Source: Lophium mytilinum (lineage: Eukaryota). Taken from it: DNA of 64,000 nt. The stretch is from contig MU004194.1 in assembly GCA_010093605.1 (NCBI GenBank), forward strand, positions 1,154,323 to 1,218,322, read 5' to 3'. Positions 26,661 through 38,640 of the stretch are shown here, in pieces. Positions within the stretch are counted from its first letter, which is position 1. Every line of letters begins with the position of its first letter. The translations under genes and the position numbers were made by a program. The notes under the pieces are model-generated. The model saw only the letters and a list, made by a program, of their open reading frames with translations, had not been told where the DNA came from and made no database searches.

Positions 26661-27199
26661 ATGCGGCATTTCGGCTTTCTCCTTTCGTTGGCAACGTTGA
26701 GCCAGCTGTCGTCCACCACGCCAACGCCTCAGGATCTTCAGCAACCGGATCCAACTTTCCATGGCAGTCTAGATGTGCTCTGGAGTTTCACACTCATCGA
26801 TACCCCGAAGGAGCTGTGTGCGCTCGTCAAATGCCTGGACCATTACATCCCAAAGGCCACGATTGCCATCCTCTACGAGTCGACTGATCCGGCCAACCAA
26901 GGTTTGTCCATTTCCCCCTCGAAACAATTCAGACGTTTATGAGATACCTAGGTTGCCATCAGAATCTAGATGTTTCGAATGATCTGCTGAGCGGTGACTT
27001 AAAATCGAAGCCGTATGTTTTTTGCGACAATGCTGTAGCAATTGCCTTCAGCGGACTCGGAGGCGAAGAAAGCATTCCAACGTATGTGGAAGCTCGAGCA
27101 GCACCTTGGTGCAATGGCTGGGCTGATAGTCCTCGAATTGATACGACGCCGGCTGGGGGGATCATAGAGCGGTCGTACAACCATACATGCGTATGGTGA
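26661..27199 (+). CDS. Small secreted Cys-containing protein (about 162 aa, 6 Cys), unknown function
   Basis: Signal-like MRHFGFLLSLATLSQLSST; putative intron 26902-26951 (GTTTGT...CTAG, weak branch point) joins two ORFs in frame. Confidence 0.55.
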
Positions 27200-27952
27200 T
27201 GGCGTATCCATTCGGGAAACCAGCCATTAAGTCCATGACGAATACTTCGTAGATGGGAGCCAGGTAGTTAGTGCGTCTGTCTCTGGCGACGAAATGTGCA
27301 CTTCGCCATAGCTGGGAAGTTAATCTGATCCTGTTGCATACTATTTGTCCCTGGTAAAATGTATCGTGACATGACCCTACTTTGTTACCACCTCTCAAGC
27401 ACAAACCCATCGTAGCTCGACCATAGCGAGAAATTCCATCCTTCTGCGAGGCGTAGGATTGCAATTTGTTCAGAGGGGATTAAAAGGCGTTGGGATGACA
27501 GAGCTTCAGCATCAGAGAAAATACTTGCATGGGCCGGGCATAAGAGTCGTCTAGCCGAATAAGGCTGGCAGCAATTGCGGGTCCGCCGCGTAAACCAAAT
27601 TTCTGCGGCGACCGCAACGACATCACACCACTGCATCAACTGGAGACATCGTTTTCTCAGGGTCGACCATCTTCGCATTCATGCGGACCCTGTCCGTAAT
27701 GTGATGATCGATCTACCCATACAAAGCCAGCTGCCCGTCTCACCCAGGGTAAGCCAGAAATCGTAATGTCTCTCCCGACACGGCCATCCAGCCATCAGCA
27801 GCCGCTCAGCCATGCTTCACCTCGAATGTAGACCAAGCCAAGCGCCCCCGGAGTCTTCGGGCTCCTCGACCGATTTTCATCGTCGACCTTCGAATAGCAA
27901 GCAACAGTTATGATAAGGAGTGTGGACCGGAGGATGTGGGGCGAGTTGTTCA

Positions 27953-28792
27953 TTACTCGTCACCACCCTTCTTCTTCGACTTCTTCGAGGGTTGAGCAGC
28001 GCCCTCCTTCTTCTGGTGCACGACGAAGCGGGTGTAGCACTCTTCTGGGTCCCACTCGAAACCGGCAAGGATGGGGTTCTCGAGTTCGTCGTCCGCCTGG
28101 ATATGAAGTCAGCTCAAGCACGTCAAGATCCACAGCACCACAACGATGGACGGAGGGATGGATTGAAGCAAGGAACAGCTACAGGCTCCAGATCTGTTTC
28201 TCGCGGCCAAGGCTGGGAGAGGTGGCATTGCTTACCTTCTTCTTGAACTGCTTGTGGATGGCATCTAGAGCGTCCTTGATGGTCACGCCCTTGAGGTTCC
28301 GCGCGGTGACCTCAAGCCCCAGAGGAAAGTGTAGGTCGATCTTCTTCAGCTTCGGCTCGCAGAGTGGCTTCTTCAGCACCTCCTTCTCGTCCAGCGTGGC
28401 TGGCGAGGTGTTCAGTTTCCTTTCGCAGCATCATCAGCATCGACTCGGTCCATTGACAAGCACGGCTCACAGACGAGTACAGCAAGAGGAGGTGGGTAGA
28501 GTGACAGCGACGAGGTCTAGAGCACGCAGGGAACGAGGCGCAGTATGCAGTGAGCACTTACCAGTTCAGCTTCTGGGTCTCAGGGGCAATCTTGATCTGC
28601 TTGCCCTCCTTCTCTGTATACGCGTCAGCTTCAGCAACCACGGTGGCCCCAATGGCAGGTGGCCTCACCGAGGTCAGCAATGTTGTAGACATCAGCAGCA
28701 GTGCTGCTCATCCGACGATGGCCTTTCTTGATGGGATGCTCTTCGACGGCCGAGTCGACCTTGGTGAGCGGGGTGTGAGTCTCAGCTGACAT
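27953..28792 (-). CDS. Conserved-looking small fungal hypothetical protein, 4 exons
   Basis: Spliced product MSAETHTPLTKVDSAV...IKIAPETQKLNW|KLNTSP...HFPLGLEVTARNLKGVTIKDALDAIHKQFKKK|ADDELENPILAGFEWDPEE...KKSKKKGGDE*; canonical splice sites. Confidence 0.8.
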
Positions 28793-30173
28793 GATGATGC
28801 TGGAGAGTGAGGGGTTGCAGCTACGGGTGTTTGTGCAATGAAACAGGTAGGCTTGTCAAGGAAGATAGTGAAGCTGGTGAGCTGTGATTGAGTGTGATGG
28901 AGCAAGGTGCAGCAGATTCAGGCACAGCAGCGGGAGTGGTAGAAGAAGAAGGAGAGAGAGTGGACAGGAGATGAGATGAGGGGTCGATGATGGCGTTACA
29001 ATCACGAGACCTGACCTGAGGGCACCTGAGCATCCGCAGAGCCCGGCCGAATCGGTCTTGAAGCATGGACGGCGGCCCGTGCATCATTTGTGGAACAAAG
29101 AATCAGGCATGGAATCACATTAAATGGAACTCTCGCTTAGTAAACCGAGCCCCAACGTTATGAATTTTCCTGTGCTCCAGCATTTATTAAATTTTCTGAA
29201 ATTAAAGGGAGCTATAAGCGGGTGCTAGGAGACCACAGCGTAATTATTTCAAGTTATGCATCCTATATTGCGTGGTTGAAAGGTACCAAAAGTATTTCAC
29301 TGCCCCCAATTTTGGAGAGTTCCATTTAATCTGATTCCATGCCTGGAATGCGGGGGAGGAGCGATCGACCGCTGGCCGCATTAGGGGCCCGCGGGCATAT
29401 AAAACTGCCTAATGTCCAATATCCAGGTGCCACTTTGAGGCGAACTCCTAGCCACCCACGACCCCTTGATCATCAAGTGGCAGTCCATGAAAGCTTGCAA
29501 AGTTCAGTCTCACAGCTTCAGATTCATGGTACACACTGTCCTTGGGCTTGCGCTCATCTGCCTAGCACTACTTTAGTTTTTCTGACACCCCATTGAGAAC
29601 TGCAAAGCGAGAATGTTGGCCGAGTCTCTTAGCACCCCAGACGGTGTTGGACTGCGACCTTGCGTTCAACAGACCCCTTCTCAACTACCAGAAAAGATCT
29701 GCTCAACCATAATATCATATCTTCTTACTATGTAAAAGCGCCACTTTAATCGTTTTGTATCGAGTTCTGCTGTTTGTTTCACTCGCAACAAGTGCTGTGC
29801 CACTCCCAGTGCCATGTTTGCTACCGACCTCCTATTGACGCAAACACCGCCATCTCAAATGTGGCACTTTGCAGCTTCAGAGTATGTCTTTCGTCTTCTG
29901 ATACCAGAGCTCTATTTCCTGTCAGCTGCCGTTCATAAGTAGACGGTTTCTCCGACTATCTCGTCCTTGGCCCCGGAAAGGCCCTTTCTCCGCATCCGAC
30001 CGCCGGCACTCGGGTTTATATCTGCCTTTTCTGTCCAAACGTCGTACACTTGAAACCCCCATCCTTCCCCAAGTCGTTGGATGCTAACGTATATCAGCCA
30101 TGCTTAGACGTCCCTTTTATCGCCTGTCCCAGCCATCCTAAAGTCTTCATAAGCCCACTATCACCAATCCATC

Positions 30174-30999
30174 ATGACGGACTCTTACAGCGGCAAAACA
30201 GTCGTCGTGACAGGTGCTGCAGGTGGCCTTGGCCGCGCTATTGCACAGGCCTTCCTGTCAGCCTCTGCAAACGTGGTCCTCGTCGACGTCAACCCAGCTC
30301 GACTTACAGCGTGTTCTTCCGAGCTCAGTACCTCGTATCCTGGCCATGTACACGCCCTCCAAGTAAACATCACGGACGAAAGTGCCGTAGAAGAGATGAT
30401 CAATACTGTCGTTAGCAAGTACTCAACTCTGGACGTGCTAGTGAACAACGCCGGCATCATGGATCACTACGATCCAGTGGGCAGCCTGGAGAAAGCCATA
30501 TGGGACAGAGTTATAGCCGTGAATCTCACTGCACCAATGCTCACGAGTAAGTATGCGGTGAAGCAGTTCCTGGAACAAGAGCAAGGAGGCGCCATCTTGA
30601 ACGTGTCTAGCACATCTGCGTTGAAGGGTTTCATTGCAGGTGCGTACTTGACCCTCCAAGTCAAAATTGTAATAGCCTTACAAAGCCACAGGTGCGGCAT
30701 ACACAGCAAGTAAGCATGGCATTATAGGTCTCACCAAAAACACCGCAGTGTTTTATGCCAAGAAAAACATCAGGTGTAGCGCCATACTGCCGGGGTATAT
30801 GCAGACAAATGTCGGAGACGCTTTTTCGGACGGGATGTGCGAAGAGGGCTACGACATGATGGACAAGGCAAGAGCGTTTGGAGTAGACGCGTGCGAACTT
30901 AGTAAGGTGGCCGAAACGGTGCTTTACCTATGCTCTCAAGCTGGGAGCATATGCAACGGAGCTTGTGTGACTGTTGATAATGCATGGGGAGCCTGGTAG
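30174..30999 (+). CDS. Short-chain dehydrogenase/reductase
   Basis: TGAAGGLG, NNAGIMD, AYTASKHG after intron 30640-30691. Confidence 0.93.
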
Positions 31000-31099
31000 T
31001 TCCACAATGCCCCTCGTGGGACAACGTAGAAGAGAAAAGATGGAAAGTTAAAACCGGAATAGAGATGAAATACTTATTTGCAGACTAGTGCTACAAGAA

Positions 31100-31395
31100 G
31101 GGCCCCCTTTTACTAAACATCTAATGCCGTACTTCTATATGAACAGCCCCCACTAAACCCCTTTATTGTGTACTAATTGGCCCGCTTTACAGGCAGTTTA
31201 TTGTAAAATATGGTACATTTACCTAAAAGCATGTAATTAAAAACACTGTAGGTAGCCTTTTATAAGAAGGATAGTGCAATTAAGATGCCCTTAGTAGCTT
31301 TATACCCTATAAGCTAATTAGAGCGCTAATGAGGTTCTAAGGGGAGAATATTATATTTAAAAATATAATACTAGATATATAGTAGAAAGGGTTTA
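31100..31395. mobile_element. MITE-like element with about 85-bp degenerate TIRs
   Basis: 31101-31182 (CCCTTTTACTAAACATCTAATGCCG...CTAATTGGCC) aligns with the reverse complement of 31313-31394; mismatches are mostly RIP-type transitions. Confidence 0.55.
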
Positions 31396-31555
31396 AGTAT
31401 ATACTATTAGTGTATTTATATAAATAAAATAGTTTTACATTATTCTAGCATTCTAGAATAAAAGCTTATAAGAACTTATCTATTATATACTAGAGCTCTA
31501 CTAGAGTTATAAGATTAGTAATAACTAGGGTCTATACTTATATAACACTATACTA

Positions 31556-31583
31556 CTATCTATCTATCTATCTATCTATACTA

Positions 31584-31651
<68 letters not shown>
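31556..31651. repeat. (TATC)n microsatellite
   Basis: Seen directly. Confidence 0.95.
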
Positions 31652-32570
31652 TTACTAACTTTTTAATAAAAAAGAGAGGTCCTATATTTTAACTAACTTA
31701 AAGAGGAGTATATTCTAACTTAATAGTAGTCTCTATTATAATAAGGCTATTAATATTCAGTAGAAGAGCTAATTCTAGACACCTAGAGAGGATATCTAAG
31801 AATTAGGTTTTCTTAGATAGTAGTCTTTAGTATAAAAGTAAGTCTACTCTTTAGTAGCTTTACTAAATAGTAGAATATAATTCCTATTAGATAAGTACTA
31901 GTAAAGTATAATTTTTTAGAATAAACTAAGTTTATTAAGCCTATAGAAAGAGTATAGAAATAGCCCTATACTTATAATGCTAGAATCCTTCTCTATAAGG
32001 AAACTTATATATATCTATTTATATAGATAAAAGAATATATTTATATATTCTACTCTATTTTTAAATATCTACTCTTAGATTTCTATATAGAATATCTATA
32101 TACCTATTAGAGTATTAAATCTAGTAGAATCTCCCCTTTTTAAAGCTTCTTACTATTAAGCTTAGTCCCTCTACTATCTTATTTATTATAAACTTATTAA
32201 ATTGCGCTAAAGTATATTCTTATAGAGTATCTTATACTTTTTCTACTACATTATAGTCTACTAGTTATAGTAGTTAGATAGCTATAGTATATATACTATA
32301 GGCTTAGAGGCTAAAGATAAGAATAAGAATATAATTAATTATATAACTCTACTTAGAATTAGTAGAGAAGTTAAGTAAGTAGATTAAAGCTTATATTCTA
32401 TTATATAGGCTATTTAAAAGGTTAGATAAAGGGTAGAAAGAATATATAACTAACCTCTTATATACTATATAGACTCTCTTATCCTTCTATATAAACTTAA
32501 TGCTAGTTTATAAGAGGGTAGTATAAAATTCTAAAAAACGGGGTATATATTCACTATAACTATTTAAACC

Positions 32571-32827
32571 TGTAAGGTTTATAATAGTATAAGCGTTATA
32601 TTCTTACGCATAATAGGCTTAAAAGCCTTTAAACGGGACGAAACTGTAAGCGTTTAAACGTAATATAACGAACGTTAGATAACGTTATAAGAATGTTAGA
32701 GAAATATTTTATAATGCATTAAATGCTATATATATACTCCCTTACTATTAATATAGAATAGAACTCAAGTAATATAATTCCTATCTATCTATTTATCTAT
32801 TCTTACATTGACTCTATACCTTTAAGA
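32571..32827 (+). mobile_element. Solo LTR of the Copia element, TSD AAACC
   Basis: Starts TGTAAGG, ends CTCTATACCTTTAAGA; AAACC at 32566-32570 and 32828-32832; matches the LTR at 62268-62407. Confidence 0.9.
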
Positions 32828-33891
32828 AAACCTTACTAAATATAATAAGTTGAAGTTTTTCCTTTTATATTATCTTATTCTGTATTACACTAGGACTCAT
32901 CCGCTACCGCCCGCGGGTTCATCTAGCTAGGGCTCCCCATCCCACCCTAAGACGATGATAAATCAGCTGTTCCCAATAGCTCTTATCGCCAGTGTATTCT
33001 GGAATGAAACCAACTCCCTTTCCTCCAGCACTAACCAGCAGCTGTGCTCTCAACGCAGTTCGCGATTTGCTCCGCAATGAGGCCTACGGCTCTGTCCACA
33101 GCTGTCATATTTGTTCCTTCAAGTTTTCTGGCAATTATGAAGGTCATGCGACATTAGGTCTACGCAGCTCACGTGATCCCGGGCCGAAAGTCCTTCCGTC
33201 GCCCTCTTCTTTCTTCGCAACCTCGTCCACAACAATACAACCTTTTCCCCCGGCTACAAGCTTGATAGTATCTCAGTCCTCAGTAAGGTCCGCAGCAATC
33301 TGTTTTCGTATCCTATCTATTGTAAAATGCGGTCATCCGCAGGTTGCGGCTCTAAGCCGTGACACTCGGGGCTTTTCTTCCTCTCCAACGTCCGGGCCCT
33401 ATCTCCAGCCTCCTCTTCCAGACCTCTTGACAAAGCCGAATGCCCTTTTAGCCACAGGCGCCTCTCGGTTGCTCCTTGCTTCTATCCTGGCAGCAATGGC
33501 GCCATTATGCAGACGTCTTGTCTCGTGGCCAAAATGCTGCGGGCTTGCCAAGGACGCCTGCAAGGCTGAAAACTATAAACATTAATTGGAGGCTCAAGCC
33601 GGCAAAACTATGCACGGGGTTCTACAAAGGTAAGAAGGCTTGCAGATACGAGGCCTTGACCTATAACAGCTCTTGGACTAAGGGTTGTGGAATCCGAACG
33701 AAAGAGCAATAGAACTGCGGGCACTGCTACGGAATAGAAATACCGTGTATCCTAAAATAAAAGAGCTGTCGTCCGCTGCACGTTTCTGCTTCAACTCCCG
33801 GTTTTTGCTTGGTCCCACGGTTCGTATCTTGAGCCTGTTCGTAACACCCTTTCAACGGGAACTATCAAAATAATTTCTTTTCGTTTGCAAA

Positions 33892-35401
33892 ATGTCGTTT
33901 TCCAAGCTCCTCCCACTCGTTCTCGCAATAGTCTTGCCTGCAGTGTGTCAAATAGCTATCCAAGAAATTCCCGCATTCATTACACCCGCTCTTGTACCCG
34001 CCTTCGATCTCTTCCCACACGCTTTAGTTCGCCGTGACTGTCCGTCTGGATATGTCACTCATCTTGGTAGGTGCATCTGCAGTTACAAACTTGGAAACCT
34101 TCTAATTACATCATTCTGTAGGTGGATGTTGTCTTGCGACAGTGATTCGAGATTGCGGTAATGGCGTAACCGTTTGCACAGCATCATGTCCTGCTTCAAG
34201 CACCATTGCGTCGGCTGCAGGATCTTGTCCCTCCGGATACCTCCCACATCTAGGTGTGTAACTGGCAATCTTAAGCTACATGACATTGATTAATGGGATT
34301 AACAGGTGGCTGCTGCCTTGCAACTGTATTGAAATATTGCGGCAATGGCATTACTGTATGCACAGCTGCATGTCCCGCCTCATCGACTACAGCTGTGGCC
34401 GATGCAGGCTGTCCTTCCGGTTATTTGACCTACCTAAGTTCGTGTCTCTCTATTCTCTACCTGGCCATTAGTTACTGACTTTTTTGTATCTAGACAGTTG
34501 TTGCCTTGCTCATAGCATCCTCGACTGTGGGCCTTTTGGCACTCTTTGTACAGGACAGTGCCCAGCAACCACCACCGCAGCCATCCTCTCAACCCCAAGC
34601 TCCTCTATCGTTACTCCTAGCCACCAGTTCATTCCGACTCCTACTGTAACGTCTGTTTCCCGTTTCACCTCCCAAACCACGGCTTACAGCCCTTCTGGCT
34701 CTGGTATAGATTCGTCGGCAATCCTATCTATTCTCCAAACTGGAGTGCCGTCATCCGTGCAGGGAAACGCGGCAGCTGCGTGTTTTCTCAACAGCGATTA
34801 TACCTCTTTCTATGCTACTCCATCATGGTACACTGTTCTCCCCGTCTCTGCACAGAGCTACTTCGCATCCGTGAACAGCGGCAACATCGCTGCTTGCACA
34901 GCCACAAAGGCTACCGGTTTTAGTGGCGGTAGCTCCTCTGGACTTACTGCAGGGGATAAAGCTGGGATCGCCATAGGGGCAATAGTAGGGGCTTCTATAT
35001 TAGGACTGTTAGTGTGGCTCTTAATTGCCAAAACCAGCATTTTCGGGGCCTCGAATTCCGCAGCGCCAGCACCAGTGCCAGCATCAAGCTGGAATCCTAC
35101 TGGTTGGAACGGCGTTGTTGGCACCAACCCACGGGGTTGGAACGGAGTAATAGGACAAGGCACAGGTGTTCCGCCCACACATCCGACTGGACAACAATAC
35201 TTTGTGCCAGCTGGTGCGGCGTTCCAAGAAAACAACGACCCGAAAATTGCGTATCCACCACCTCAGCATGGCCAATATCAAGGTCATCACCGACCTAGTG
35301 AAGTTGACGGTCGACAGTCGCACCTACCAGAAGAAGCTCATGGAAATCCTATTTACGAGATGTCAAGTGCCCCATACCACCCAGGTCAGCAGGTGCAATA
35401 G
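33892..35401 (+). CDS. Single-pass cell-surface protein (about 448 aa): signal peptide, three 6-Cys repeats, Ser/Thr stalk, Mid2-like TM helix, cytoplasmic tail
   Basis: Exons 33892-34066, 34122-34253, 34306-34437 and 34494-35401 splice in frame; TM GDKAGIAIGAIVGASILGLLVWLLI. Confidence 0.85.
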
Positions 35402-35548
35402 TAATGAGCCTAGAAATAAAACATTATAGAGACTACTCTTGTCCTTCTCGTTAACATCCTTAATACGAGTTGAAGGAGTAATAGGGCAAGGTTTGACATA
35501 TAATAAGGATATGCAGCAAAGGATTATAGTTTGTTCAGCTATATAGTT

Positions 35549-36380
35549 TTAGCCAATGCTAGGTAGCTAAATCTCTATTACTATTCGGCCAATGCCGTAT
35601 TACTATTTGGCCTACCTTACCCCGGCGGCCTTTTACTATGTTCTAGCTAGCTTACTTAAAGGGTCTACTCTTGCAAAATATAGAAAACTTACCTAGAAGC
35701 TTAACACTAGCCGCCTAAAAAGCCTTAAGTAAATAACTTAGATAAGTTTTTAGCCCTTATAGAAAGTATTGTGTAGTATTATCTAAAGACCTATAGTACT
35801 GTTATAAGATATTATAATAATCTTAATAAAAGCAGTTTATAAATATCTCCAAGCTAAATTTTAGGAAGAATAGTAGATATTGAAGGTATCGGCCTGTGCC
35901 TGTCTGCGCGTTTACTAGCCAGCGGACGGATATGCTCCTCCAACATGGAGGCGAGTCGGGCGCCGCTGAATTTAAGGTGGAAGGTTAGTATAAGAATAGA
36001 TATATAAATAGGTAGATAAATAGGAATTACATTACTTAAGTTCTATTTTACATTAAAGGTATAGAGTTAGTATAAGAATAGATAGATAGATAGTTTATAA
36101 TTATGTTACTTAAGTTCTATTCTATACTAACAGCAATAGACTTATATATATACGCTATTAATGCATTATAAAACGCTTCTCTAACGCTTATTATATCACG
36201 TTTTAAACGCCTATAAATTTTATTCTATTTAAAGGCTCTTTAAGCCTATTATATATAAGAATATAACGCTTACACTAATATAAAGCTTATAGTAAATAGA
36301 TTCTAGGGGCGTAGATAGGCTGCATGTAATATTATCTTAGCTAGATAGTAAGAGGGGGTTAATTATCTAGTATTAGCCAG
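35549..36380. mobile_element. Non-autonomous TIR element (about 75-bp TIRs) with LTR sequence nested inside
   Basis: 35549-35625 (GCCAATGCTAGGTAGCTAAATCTCTATTACTATTCGGCCAA...) aligns with the reverse complement of 36303-36380. Confidence 0.6.
36051..36291 (-). mobile_element. Copia LTR copy (RIP-mutated), preceded by a partial LTR copy at about 35971-36050
   Basis: Reverse complement of the LTR consensus (ATTAAAGGTATAGAG...TAACGCTTACACT...TTATA); no clear TSD. Confidence 0.8.
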
Positions 36381-36469
36381 GTCTTAGTAGGAAAGTAATA
36401 TACTGGTACTACTTGCAGGTACCTAAGTTTAAGCCTAGAGTTAGATAGAATTAGTGGTTAAAAGCTTAT

Positions 36470-36979
36470 TATAAGTTTTGTAGTAGTATAAGCGTTATAT
36501 CCTTATATTAAATAGACTTAAAAGCTATTAAAGAGGAATACTAGAATAATGCATCTTAATAGCTTATTCTTAGTAGCTCTTCTAGACCTACTATATCTCC
36601 CCCGCAGTAAAACGTAATAGAGAAGGACGCTTAACGCCGAATACAATAGAGGCCAAAATTTTCACCCAAGCGCTGCCCGGCAGCAAACGGTTTCCCCTTG
36701 TAAATTAACCTAGATAGAACGGCTGCATGAACCCTAACGGGAGCTACACCAGCGTGATATAATTCAATAATAATAATATTAATAAGGAATAAAACTATAA
36801 CCTTATGAAAGTAATACAAGGATTGTTAGATAATATTAGAAGAACTTTAGAGAAGTGTTTTACAATGCATTAAATAATATAGATATTTAGCACTGAATGC
36901 TATTAGTATATAATATAACTTAAGTGTATTTTCTATATATCTATCTATCTATTCTTATACTAACTCTATACCTTTAACC
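36470..36979 (+). mobile_element. Copia LTR interrupted by about 280 bp of foreign sequence
   Basis: LTR 5' part 36470-36540 and 3' part about 36824-36979; CTTAT at 36465-36469 and 36981-36985 (near-TSD, 1 nt offset). Confidence 0.65.
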
Positions 36980-37040
36980 TCTTATTGGAAGTAATCCCTT
37001 ATAAAACCTAATAATATCTATTTTTCTACCTATTTCTCCA

Positions 37041-37188
37041 TCTATCTATATATCTATATCTATATATCTATATATCTATCTATCTATATAGCTATCTATC
37101 TATCTATATATCTATATCTATATATCTATATATCTATCTATCTATATAGCTATCTATCTATCTATATATCTATATCTATCTATCTATA

Positions 37189-37235
<47 letters not shown>
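37041..37235. repeat. Compound (TATC)n/(TA)n microsatellite
   Basis: Seen directly. Confidence 0.95.
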
Positions 37236-37569
37236 ACAAGATAATAGAAATAAGAAAGTAAGAAGTTGGCCTACTAGTTAAGCTGTTAGGCTCTTAGAAT
37301 ATAATATCTATTAGTAGAGAAGGGCTATAGTAAAGTATTTTACTCTTAGAGGTAGATATAGATACTACTAAACTACCTACTATTAGGCTTTTAGTACAAA
37401 ATAGATAGGAAGATAAGGGTTCTATACTATAGGCTTATTTTCTTTATTAAGATAGTATATAAACGCTTTTTAAAGAAGAGTTTTAATATATAAGTAGATA
37501 AATCTTCCCTAAATATACTCTAATTTCTTAGTAATTTAGTATATATAACTCTTTCTATTGGTCTCTATT

Positions 37570-37806
37570 TGTAAATTCTATAACAGTATAAGCGTTATGT
37601 CCTTACGCATAATAGGCTTAAAAGCCTTTAAACGGAACAGAACCGTGAGCGTTTGAACGTGATACAACAAACGTTAGAGAAACGTTTTACAATGCATTAA
37701 ATGCTGTATATATAATTCCGTTGCTGTCAATGTAGAATAGAACTCAAGCAATACAATTCCTATCTATCTATCTATCTATTCTCCCATTGACTCTATACCT
37801 TTAACA
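37570..37806 (+). mobile_element. Solo LTR (least mutated full copy), TSD CTATT
   Basis: TG...CA termini intact (TGTAAATTC...CCTTTAACA); CTATT at 37565-37569 and 37807-37811. Confidence 0.92.
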
Positions 37807-37931
37807 CTATTATCTATTATTTTATATCTAGCTTAAGTTTTGTTACTATACTATAAGCTAGAGCCTTTTTATAAGTATAAGAAAGCGCTATTCTATCCCC
37901 TTAATGTATAGGTAGAGGATACTTAATATCT

Positions 37932-38180
37932 TAAGCGTTATATCCTTACGCATAATAAGCTTAAAAGCCTTTAGACGGAATAAACCTGTAAGCGTTCAAA
38001 CATGATATAATAAATTCTAGATAATATTATAAGAACATTTATTAGAGGAGCGTTTTATAATGTATTGAATAGCGTATATATATAACTCCATTGCTGTTAA
38101 TATAGAATAGAACTTGGGTAATATAAATCCTATCTATCTATCTATCTATCTATTCTTATATTAACTCTATACCTTTAATA
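37932..38180 (+). mobile_element. 5'-truncated Copia LTR copy
   Basis: TAAGCGTTATATCCTTACGCATAA...CTCTATACCTTTAATA. Confidence 0.85.
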
Positions 38181-38640
38181 GTAGTAGTAGTTTTCTTAAA
38201 GAAAGTTTAGTATAGGGGAGGTAAGCTATATATCTCTAGAAAGACTAGTATAGAAGATAAAGGCTATAGAAAAACAGAAAGAGCTATAGAGTTTAAGTAT
38301 ATATATTAGTATAGTTACTGCTATATAATCTAGACTTCTAATAGTTTAGTTTCTACTACTATACTATTACCTCTATAATAGTAAATAGACTAATTCTATA
38401 TAAATCTAGTCTTCTAATCTATTTTTAAAAGTATTAAATATAAGTTTGTTTTCTAAGTAAATAGATAGAAAGATATAATAGAAGAAATAAACTTAGTTTT
38501 CTTCTAGTAGTTAACCTCAATTTTCTAGAGGTAATATAGTAGTTTTAAGAAGGTAATTTTCCATATAGTATAGTAATACTGTAGAGATACTTACTTTATA
38601 ACTACTAGTAATATATATATATCTATCTAATATAATTATA

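Larger units (their letters stand above)
31040..32900. other. AT-rich RIP-mutated repeat island
   Basis: Abrupt AT enrichment, strong TpA excess, CpA/TpG depletion, no ORFs. Confidence 0.9.

Noticed and set aside
22053..30999. MFS plus two SDRs as a secondary-metabolite cluster
   Set aside because: No PKS, NRPS, terpene synthase or pathway transcription factor in the window, and unrelated genes are interspersed.
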